This document shows positions 53,939-64,000 of a stretch of 64,000 nt of DNA, in pieces. The notes below the pieces were generated by a model. It made no database searches, was not told where the DNA came from, and saw only the letters and a program-made list of their open reading frames with translations. The first letter of the stretch is position 1, and every line of letters begins with the position of its first letter. This DNA comes from Spironucleus salmonicida (taxonomy: Eukaryota). The stretch spans positions 1,178,001 through 1,242,000 of the forward strand of contig NC_090602.1 in NCBI RefSeq assembly GCF_000497125.1, read 5' to 3'. The translations under genes and the position numbers were made by a program.

Positions 53939-55549
53939 ATGGCTCTTGTTGCGTTCACAGAGTAGCCAACTTTTTTAATAGCAACCCCTGAAAATATTGC
54001 AGCTATTTCAAATCATAAAATACACTTTATTTCTAGTTAATTTTCGTCTATAGAGACTCCTCCTTTATAACCAATTTGTCTAGATTTTATTTAGGATAGT
54101 GTACTAGCATATGGAACAAAAACTGGCGGGATCGGAATCTTCGACTATCGAAATAGCGTGCATAACTTATTTACTCCAGCAAATCTACGATATTAAACAT
54201 ACTTGATTAAAGCCAATAGCAATACTCTTTGGGCGGCCTGTGACTAAAATGAAAATTCAGTTGCCATGTTTGATCTACGAAATATGTAGTAGCCTCTATA
54301 GGTTAGTGATGTCGTGACAGATAAGATAGTCAGCTTTGTATAGAAAGAAAATGGACATGTGATTTGTGTATCTGATAATGGGGACTATACTGAGTTTAAT
54401 TGTTTTGGAGATTTTGTTTCGCGAAAGATTTGCCAGAGTTCGAAACGGCTAATTCAGACATGTTACAATATGAAAAATGAGTACTTTATCAGTTTGTTCG
54501 ATGAATCCGTGGTTGTGCATGACATGGATAACGTTTATGATGAAATTATTAATGAAGGTGCGGTGTATGAAAACGTTTTTTTCGCTAATACTAACCAAAC
54601 GGTTTTTGTTAGTAATGAGATGATATCTATATGTTCTGACAAGTGTGACGAAATTTACACTATTGATGCCAGAAACAGCCTTGCATGTTAATTTAAAAAT
54701 GGGTTCCTGTGGTGCTAAAATGGCGAGTTGTTCTACGAGGACGTGAACAGCAAAAAAGAGTGATATTATTATACGCTAGTAATTATTTATTGCAAAATGA
54801 TCTAAACGGATATCTAAAAAATTCACGAACTCATTTTAGCGCCGATTACGGTAAATTTACGCTTATTTTTCAACTCAGAGCACCAAAAGTATCTAATTCA
54901 GTATATTTCGTATTTCTATGCTTAGCATAGCCTAGACTCTGTCATAGTGCAGTGCCCGGATGATTTTCCGGACAATACATCTAAAATTATTATTTTGGCC
55001 CATTTGAACAGCTTTTCGCATGAACAGTAGCTTCAAACGCTGCAGAAAATTCGTAACTACCCGCACATCCTCGCGGTATCTACATTTTCAGTCCATGCTG
55101 GCCTACTACAGTCCTTCGATTTCGTAATGCAGACCACGACGCCGCTCGTACCAACACCTCTGTCTCTATACAACTCAAAGCTGGCTGCTTTCGACGCCGG
55201 AGCGGCCTCACGTCTGGGGGAGATTTTCCTGGACCCGCGCCTGCGAACGTTCGTAAAGTAGTGCCAGTTCGCGCTGAAGGTAACACATTTCCAGGCGAGG
55301 GGTGTGTTGGTGTAGGGCTGCTCCATGGGATTCGACAGCAGCGCGGAACTGCTGAGCCGAGTGCTGGCGCGCTTCCACATGCGCTAGTACTGCGTCCCGT
55401 AGGACGTGAAGGACGCAGTGTTGATGTGTGTTGGGAGCCGCTTCCTAGCACAGGTAGTTTTCAGGGCCAATGGTGATGCACAGAAATGGAGCGCCGCGGA
55501 CGTCGAGGAGGTCGTCCGCGGCGTTATGGCGAGATTCGAGGGGTTTTGA
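53939..55549 (+). CDS. WD40-repeat protein with helical C-terminus (536 aa), possibly katanin p80-like
   Basis: LAYGTKTGGIGIFDY, VAMFDLR; domain layout like KATNB1 but similarity is weak. Confidence 0.55.
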
Positions 55550-55780
55550 GTGTTAATAGTTAAGGTGCTAAAAGGCTTACTGCGCAAAGTTAATGGCAGC
55601 AGTATAACAGGGGTGCTTGCTTTTAAAGTCCTCATAGTTTGGGTTTCGGTGGTGGGTGCGATAACTCATTTAGAATGACTAATTTATCTAATATGTGAAA
55701 ATTACATATGATTTTCCGTTCTGGTTTGTCTCTATGATCGGTAAATACTCCAGAAATATGAATAAATATGCAGTAATCCA

Positions 55781-57295
55781 TCACTGTACCATTTCCTACA
55801 CTCTTTTCCACTCGATACTGCCTTCGATTGCGTCTTCCAAGACACACTCAACGTTGCCTTCTTCGAGCATCAACACGCTGCGATTTTTCTTCGCTTGTTC
55901 GTTCTGATCAACCGAGATTGCTTGCGTAAAAAGTTAGATTGCACGCGATTAACTACCATTTTTATAGGCCAAAACACCTAAATTTGTGAGCGAGTCTGAA
56001 TTTGTCTAGTCGGAAATCAATGAGCACTCAAATGCCTCCTGTGCAGCAAGAAAATCGCTAGTTTTCAAAAAGCAAATTCCGATATTCAAAAAAATTTCAG
56101 AGCGGAGTCTACGAATTCTATCGGATTGTAAGGGCAAGGTGGAAGTTGGCACTGAGCTTTAGAAACCTATTTTTGAAGGAAATGACCCGGTTTTCTAGAG
56201 AGCTGTAAGGAAAGAAATGAAAGCATTCCCCAGGAGGTCATCTTTCAGTTAACAGACTCCAAGATTGTTCCATATAGACGCATCGTTTGAACGGATTAAT
56301 AGGAGACGCTTGTATAACTAAATTGCATCCTTTTCGCACAAAAACGAGTTCTAGCGCTACCATCCCGAAGAGATTAACGCGGCCGCGCCAGACAGCGCTT
56401 CTAGAGACCCAGGATCTATTTGCAACGCCTATGAGTAGTAGTTAAGCGCCTACGTGCCGTCTTAAGTAATTTCAGCCAAACGTGCAGCAGCGAGAGGTAC
56501 ATGCGGGGAAGTCTGAAACTAGAGTTCTGCCTCCTTGAGAATTACTTTTGCGTTAGCAAACTGCTTTCTACATGCCAGCGCTTGGCTGAGTTTCAAAATC
56601 GAATCCTCGCGATTCAGGAAGCGCAACGCGGCCCGTAAATGCCGCTCAGCCTCCTCGTAGTTCCCTAGCAGATAGTATGCCCGTGCGGCGCGATCGCAGT
56701 AGAACCAGTCGGATCCCCTGGCCTCTCCGTAGTGTTACAGAAACGCGAGCGCTTTCGCAGGGTTCGGCGTGACGTCGGAGTCGTTCAGGGGCTACAACCG
56801 CAACAGGTAGTTTACAAATACCCTACCGAATACGGGTTTTCCGCCGTAGCTCTCTGGGATCTTGTCAGAGTACTGGAAGTTGTTCACAGTAGCGGTACCC
56901 ATACGCGTCATATGGCCAGTGCGCCGTCCAGATTGCAGCGCTCCAGTAGCGATTCTGGAAGAGCCGAGTCGGGACGCGGACTTCGACGCCGGGCGCCCCA
57001 TCGCTGCGGTTAGCGGCCGCACGAAGCCCGAATTCAGGCGGGAGCTGGGCCGGAAGCTTGTGGGGAGCGTCCCGGGAATGTTAAGATTCTGACCTAGTGC
57101 CTCCTAAAAATCGGCTAGCGAGTTCTCCTCGAACTCGGTTTCGTCAAAGTATGATAGTTCAGTCTGTGCCTGGGTCTTGATTAGCAGTGCAAACTGATCT
57201 GCATGGTTAATTTTAAGAAGTTGCTCGGCTATGTCGATCGCTGCTGCGTAATCGTAACGGCGCAGGGCCATGTAGGCTAGCTGGATTGGGTCCAT
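55781..57295 (-). CDS. BBS8: BBSome TPR subunit BBS8/TTC8 (504 aa)
   Basis: MDPIQLAYMALRR...DQFALLIKTQAQTELSYFDE, SGFVRP, TRMGTA, C-terminal TPRs; ends CAG TGA. Confidence 0.88.
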
Positions 57296-57438
57296 TTGAG
57301 AAATTGAACGAATACTTGAATATTATATGCAAAATAAGGTATAATTTGGTAATTTTGTGATTATGACATTATATGGTTAAATAATAAATAAAAATCAGGG
57401 TTAGAATTAGAGTAGATTCTTCATATTCCCCTCTAACA

Positions 57439-58365
57439 ATGAGATTTCTATGCGGACCAAACAAACTTCACATCTGGTTCAAGGCTGCAACGCTTGATGA
57501 CAGTGACTATTTGAAGCAGAATATGAAGAGCTTTGCAAACAGAAAAGACACGCGTCAGACCTCGAATGAGTCAAAAGCAATATTTGGAACCGCTGCAATT
57601 CATATAGCGGCTATATTTTAGAAATCCAATGCAATATAAGTTTTATTGGAAGAAGAGGTGCGTTCTAGGACAGATTCACCGTTAACTATTAAGACATCTC
57701 TTCTGCCTGCCGCAGCTGGAATTTAATTATCATCAGGTTAAGACTGTCTACATTTAGCGATTGCACGCGGCAATTTTGATTAAGTTAGAATAATACTTTA
57801 GTTTTGTGCTCTTAATCCTCAGAAAACAGTTATTGGTAATATCGATGATGATAACATTAGTCATTTAATGCTACTTTGTTATTTTCCATTGTAAAAGTAA
57901 ATTGAAGATCTTATTAAATAATAAAGTATTCTAAGCGAATTCTCTATTTGCATTAAAGGAAAGGGTGCCATTCATATTTGTTGCTAATTAGGTCGTTGGG
58001 ATACTATAAGAGTTTTTGTTCAATTATGTAGCTAGTTTAGTTAATTGGTAGAATACCTTTATATTTAAGTTGTAGCTACACATGATAGAAAGACTATCTT
58101 TGATTACTTAAATGAAGTTATAGATTTTGAGAAATGTGAAAGTTCATTAAAGGCAAAAGATATTTGTAAGGAAATGGTAAATACTTTATTACCTCATGCA
58201 ATCAAGTTTATGTAAAACGATATGAAAAAATATGGTCTTCAACTCAGCGAATTTTATAAAGTTCATGATGAAAATATAGAGACAGTGCTCGAAGAATTAG
58301 ATTTTAACACGTTTGGAAATAATTATAAGGAAGAAATTTAAGATAAATCTGAAAAAGTTGAGTGA
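57439..58365 (+). CDS. Ankyrin-repeat protein (308 aa)
   Basis: GTAAIHIAA, GQDCLHLAIARGN, GAIHICCQLG. Confidence 0.75.
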
Positions 58366-58403
58366 TTTATAATATATTATTAAAATATACCATTTCAAAT
58401 CAA

Positions 58404-61247
58404 ATGGAGTTACCTATATTCCAGCCAGTTTCTGATAATTAGGTTAAGGATAATATTATACTTGTAACAGAGAGTAATAACATTCAATACACAATTTATC
58501 AGGACTCTAGTAGCAATAATGACTTTGTAATTACAGTTTTTAATAAATAAAATACCATTGCTGCTATCACAATTAAACCAGGATTCTTTTCAATTCCTAA
58601 CGTGTTCAAATGTTCACAATCTGGATATTGGTTAGCATTATCATTTATGGATTAAAAAATTTCAAAAGGGGAGTTTTATCTGATTTATCTAAATTCGAAG
58701 TCTAAACTTGTTTCTAAAAAGGTTAAATAACATACAAAACCTATTACAGCATTTAATTTCATTAATAATTTTGATTCAAATTCAACACTAGTTTAAGAAA
58801 AAATTGAGTAAACGTCACCCGAATTTCTATTTGGTAATAGTCTTGGTGAAGTATTTGGGGGCCAATATATGCAAAAAGAAATAACTATTAATTTATTAAA
58901 GTAATTTAAAGCTGCTGACATTTTGACATTTAGGTAACTTGCTCCAAATAGAATTCTTAATATCTAGTCTGTTTTTACACAGAAATATTTATTTATTATA
59001 ATTAATTGCGGTTTACAAATTAATATTTATAAAATTAAAAAGTAATCAATTTTAATATCATAATTCAAATCAACAGAATAGGACTTAGAGCTAGCATCTA
59101 TTGTTAGTGATGGAAAAATACCAACATAGTTTTTTGATTGCTTGGTGTATAAAAATACATATAAATTCTTATGGCTAACAAATGGTGGCAAAAATAAATA
59201 ACTTAACTTTCATGAACTAAAAATAAATCTAATTACTAATGAGTGCTCTTAGCTAAGAGGAAACGTCTTAAATAAATTTTCAGATGGAAAGTTACGCGGA
59301 TTTCAGGCTTTTAACTTTTTGGGACTTATTTATACCGATTCATCTTATTATATTATTGATCTTATAACAAAATAAATATTTAATTAGTAAGATTTTAAAT
59401 TCAAGCTAGGTAATAAAGTTTAATAATTTGCTTAAAAATAAACACTGTTTGTGTTGCCCAAATAACCTAGTGATATGTAATCAATAAACTATGTTAAAAG
59501 TGTGGCGTATTGTCAAATATCATTTAAGAATGAGTAATATAATTCATGGAGCTCATTTTTGTACATAAATGATTATGAAAATGCTCTTAAATTTTCCCAG
59601 ACTGATTAATAAACAGATACTGTTTACAAAGAGTATGCTATTCATTTAATTGATAAAAATGACTTAAATAAAGCTGCACAAATTCTAGCTCTGACAAAAT
59701 GCAATTTTATAGAAAAATACTAAGAGCTCATAAGTCAAGGGTATTTTATTCTTGCTAGTTACTTTATTGAGTACCGTATTATTAAAAATATAGATGAGGG
59801 AAAACATGACGAACAATTGTTAACACTACTTTCATAAGTATAGGTAGATAGTATTATTAGAGTAATAAATAGTTATATATAGTAATAAAATTAAAAATAT
59901 GATTTAAACAAACTTTATGGAACAGATAATTTATTTTAGTTTAAAGTTGATAGTATGAAGTAAATGGAGATTGAAGATATCCTTTATGAGTGGTAAAATA
60001 AACTTAGATTATTACTAACAAATAAAAATAGTAGTATGTTCTAATTTTTACTTTAAAAAGTAATTAAAAATATGTTGTTAAATGCTAATTTAGAAAATAT
60101 ATATGCTGAGTTTTGTATGGCTAAAGAGCTTTATGAGTATCCAATTTAATATTATTTGAAGACTAGAAATTATGATTTAATTATAGATATTTATAGAAAA
60201 ACTAATATAGATTTTATATTTTAGTCATTAGATCAAGTTATTTCGCATAAGTAAATAGAATCTTTTGATATAATTTAGCGATATCTTAATGATGATCCTA
60301 TAAACTTCCCATATAATTAACTCATTACTATTTTAAAACATAACTAGCATAAAATTAATGAATAAAACTTTGTAAAATTCTCAGAATGGTATTCTTTGGT
60401 TTATATTGGAAAAAATTCAGTATTTATTCACGTCCTCATATAGATGTTGTAATAATTAAGATTGTAGGATATTGTTGTTTAGATTATTAATACAACACCA
60501 GTATTACTACATTATTAAGAAATTTTAATCTACTCATAAAAATTCTCAAATTTAAAGATTTAAATAGAATGTTTATTGAAGTTAAATAAATTTCAAGATG
60601 CTTTAGAGTTATAATTTTAGTCTTTTAGAAGTATTGATATAAGCGAAATTAAACATATAGAAGAATTTGATGAAAACTAAATCACCTTTGGAAAATTTGA
60701 TGAAGTATTTATTAGCTTTAATGAAGTATTAAGCTTTATTCGTAAAGATAAGATGTTTGAACTTAGATAAATGTATATTAAATTATTTACATGGTACATT
60801 AACATTGAAATTGTTAATTTAAATAACAGTAAAGCTATGTTTTAAGTAAGATATAAACAACTATAAATGATTTTTATAATGATTTCATAGGTAGAATTTT
60901 TACGAATTTCGGATGGAATTAAACTGATTCCTAAAGATATTAAAATTGGAGCTATTATGGGTTTAGTGAACAAATGTTATTCGTAAATAAGTAATAGAGG
61001 AGTATAGATTGATTAAATAATAGATGATGACAAAGACTAGTGCAATAATAAAGAAAATAATGCAAAGTTAGTTGTTTTTAGTGAAAAATTGTTATGCTAA
61101 AAATGTGGAAAAGACTTTAGCAAAAATTGCGACGTTGCCGTTTTTCCATGTACTCATTGCTGGCATAAAAGCTGTCTAAGTGATAATTATGATGAATGCA
61201 AGTTATGCAATGAATAAGCGATAGAAGAATGCTTTAATCCGCTGTGA
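58404..61247 (+). CDS. VPS18: Vps18/Pep3 HOPS-CORVET subunit (947 aa)
   Basis: SWSSFLYINDYENALK...TVYKEYA...AAQILA block; C-terminal RING CQKC...VFPCTHCWHKSC...ECKLCNEQAI..CFNPL. Confidence 0.8.
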
Positions 61248-61257
61248 TAAATTTTGC

Positions 61258-62796
61258 TCACTTCTTCTTAAGATCATCATTTTCGAGATCTTCGATGCCA
61301 ACTTATCCACCTTTATAATCATTATAATTACTCTTAACATTGGCTCTTTCGTCCATTTGCCACATTAATGCATGACCTCCAGTCGCTGTCTCTTTATACG
61401 CAGAATGCATATCCTTTCCAGTTTTATACATGATTGCAACTACTTCATCAAAAGAGACGGAATATTCAAATATACCAGTAACAGCAATAATACCACAGTT
61501 ATATGCAGCTAAAGCAGCATGCCCATTTCTTTGAATACAAGGAGCAATAACTAAACCTTCGATAGGATCACATGTTAAACCTAGTAAGTTTTCAAGAGCA
61601 TTCTTTGCAGCTTATTCATACATCTATAAAACTTGTGAAAGAGTTACATTATCATTTCCAGGGCACAATTTTAACTCCAGATAAACAACTGCCGCGGCGG
61701 CCATTGAACATGCTACACCTACTTCAGCTTAGCATCCAGCTTCAGCTCCAGATACAGAGGCATTAGCTCTACAGATATTGCCGATTACACCGGCAACAGC
61801 TAAAGCATCGCAGATCAAACGATTGACAATAGTTTTAGGAACCTAGCGGGACATTTTATGCTTGTAATAAAAGTATAAGATTGCAGGTAAAACGCCACAC
61901 GCACCACACGTAGGGGTGGTAACAACATCATGGAAGGCAGATCCATTATTTTCGGACACAGCCAATGCATAAGCTTATATAGCAAATCTCTCACCTAAAG
62001 TACCTTTAAAGTTAAGGGCTTTAGCCTTTTCATAAAACTTATGGGCTAGGCGAGGATAAATTAAAATACCACCACAGTCGATGTCTTCAGTTTGCTTTAA
62101 ACCTACTTCTACACAAGATCTCATAGTTTCCCAACATTTTAAGAAGTGTGTCTAAATAAGAACATCCTAAATTACTTTATCATGGGCGAATTACCCTTTT
62201 AAATGCTAGTCCATAAGGATTTTAGGAAGACCTAATTTACTTAAAGGTTCTCTATTCTCAATATCATAGACTAAATGTTATAAAGTCATTTATTTTTCAG
62301 CACAGTACTTGACATAATCAGAGAACAATCTGAAGTTACCAAAAGTTGGCGTATTACCGGATGATTTTTTCTTAAGAGACTCCGAAGTATCATTAGCTGG
62401 TTTAAGATTATTAACATCTGTGGCATCACCGTCTTCAAGAATACCACCACCTACAGAATACCAAACGCGATCACCTATAACTTTATTGGCCTGATCTAAG
62501 GCTTAGAAATGTAAGCCGTTAGTATGCGCAGGCAATCTATGTTCCATATGCCATTCTATTTTGCACTTATCTCCAAGTACCTATAAAATAGCATAATCAG
62601 TTTTATGTCCAGATCCAGTTAATGCCAGAGAACCATATAAATGTGCAATATATTTAGGTGCTGAAGGATAAAGAGACTGGAATAGCTCAGCTGCTTTCTT
62701 AGGGCCCATAGTATGAGATGAAGATGGTCCAGAACCAATTTTGTATAAAGTTCTAAGAGAATCCATATCACGATGGCAGGGTTCATAGCATGCCAT
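61258..62796 (-). CDS. sdaA: Fe-S-dependent single-chain L-serine dehydratase, bacterial type (512 aa)
   Basis: YKIGSGPSSSHTMGP, YGSLALTG, YSVGGG, SGAEAGCQAEVG, GLTCDP, PCIQRN, YKETATGG. Confidence 0.93.
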
Positions 62797-63036
62797 ATTT
62801 ATACGGAGTGGAATAACTTGATAGTCTAATTTATAGTATTATAATAGAATTTATCACTGATTCACATTATAATTAATGAATTAAAAGGTATTTACATTAT
62901 AAATATTAGTTTTACGGTAAACAAAAAATTTATAACACAGTATTATATATATTAAATTTATTTAATATATTTTGTGAAATGAAGAAATCACAAATCTCAA
63001 AGTATACATAATAGTATATAAAATTCGATAGATATA

Positions 63037-64000
63037 TCATTCTTAGTCGTTAAGCAAGTTTCCTGCAACATCATCATTTCCGAACAAATCTTCGTTATTT
63101 CCCATATCAGGTTAGTCTTCTACGACTTTTAATTTATTGTCAGCAATACGAGCGGCTTGTGCAGTCTCTAATTTAGTATTGGATAATGTGTTATCATTAG
63201 ATTGACCTAAACCCCCTGCTTAAACCTTTTCTAATCTACCTTACCATTGGTTGGCTTCATCATTTTAGCCTAATGTCTATAGACAAACTATCAAGTATTT
63301 TATAGCATCAATGCATGCAGGCCATTTCTTCAAGATTTTTCTATATTCTTCGGTAGCTTCTCTAGTTTGATTAGTTTTTCTTAAGCAAGCAGCAGCAGAT
63401 AAAAACCATGTAGGAGTCAAATAATCTACTTAAGCACCCTTCTCGAAACACAACCTTGCTTACTCATATAATTCTTATCTAACATAATAGCTACCTAACC
63501 ATTTAATGATATCTAAATTATAAGGTACTAATCTATGAGCCTCCTTGAAATAATGAGCACCTTAGCTTTCTTCTCCTAAAATTTGGTGTAATTCTCCTAA
63601 TCTAGAAAAAACACAAGGATCCTGAGTGTTGTAATTTAAGTAATAAGTCTATAAGCTATTAAGCATAACTACAGCCTCTTCAATCTTAGTTAATTTTATC
63701 AAGCATTCGGCACTCATAAATAAAGCATCAGTTTGCTATGGAATTCTAGTAATGACCTTAGTAAATTGAATCAAAGCACTTTCATATTCTTGTTTCTTGA
63801 AGTAAACTAAGCCACTGTTATAAACAGCCTATAAACAGTCAGGGTTCATCTCATACGCCTCATCAAATTCTTTCAAGCTAGCATCCCAGCGATCAAGTTT
63901 TGCCAGAGTGCAACCTAGATTTACCTTAGCAAACGAGTCGAAAGGATCAACTAAAATTGCTGTTGTAGAGTGAGCAAAAGATGCTTCGAAATCACCTTTT
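63037..64000 (-). CDS. IFT88: Intraflagellar transport protein IFT88, 3' part (runs off the window)
   Basis: TPR array; DPCVFSRLGEL...AHYFKEAHRLVPYNLDIIKWLGSYYV...FERG; acidic tail DLFGNDDV. Confidence 0.88.

Noticed and set aside
55560-55700. U3-like (CACCGAAACCC...ATGAGGA), U5-like (GCCTTTTAG), MRP-like (AAAGTCCTC) and SECIS-like fragments
   Set aside because: Partner boxes and required stems are missing or in the wrong order; kept only as a generic ncRNA candidate
55057-57092. Many track ORFs on both strands in the GC-rich block
   Set aside because: Shadows of the WD40 gene (+) and BBS8 (-), apart from 56792-57022, which is an in-frame piece of BBS8
91-64000. Pseudogene interpretation of frequent in-frame TAA/TAG
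   Set aside because: They fall at Gln positions in essential genes, and no frameshifts or in-frame TGA were found
1-64000. CRISPR arrays, tRNA/rRNA genes, transposons, telomeric repeats
   Set aside because: No spaced repeat arrays, cloverleaf signatures, rRNA motifs, transposase ORFs or tandem telomere repeats seen by eye; a covariance-model scan is needed to exclude small RNAs

Overview
Gene-dense, AT-rich eukaryotic DNA with no introns detected, using a non-standard code (TAA/TAG = Gln, TGA the only stop). The supplied standard-code ORF track therefore shows only fragments and antisense shadows. The code, compact intergenic spaces, stop-overlapping AGTGA motif and C-rich pre-ATG motif point to a hexamitid diplomonad such as Spironucleus (inference). 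Re-reading with TAR=Gln gives about 42 CDSs. Recognisable genes: HisRS, GlyRS, a MATE transporter, Pirh2/RCHY1, flavodoxin, a divergent TBP, a Myb factor, DCAF7, a tandem-domain RNase HI, a SAM methyltransferase, Utp5-like, DIM1, OGT-like, a 79-aa Fip1, Vps18, Fe-S L-serine dehydratase, and flagellar genes (LRRC6, TTC25, BBS8, IFT88, tentatively CFAP46). The most notable observations are quantised stop-to-stop spacing of convergent genes (TGA-N2-TCA or TGA-N10-12-TCA), a TCCACT motif just upstream of ATG, an RNase HI with one intact and one degenerate domain, and a pair of small PB1-like paralogs. All translations and family calls were made by eye without database searches. No tRNA, rRNA, CRISPR array or mobile element was recognised.
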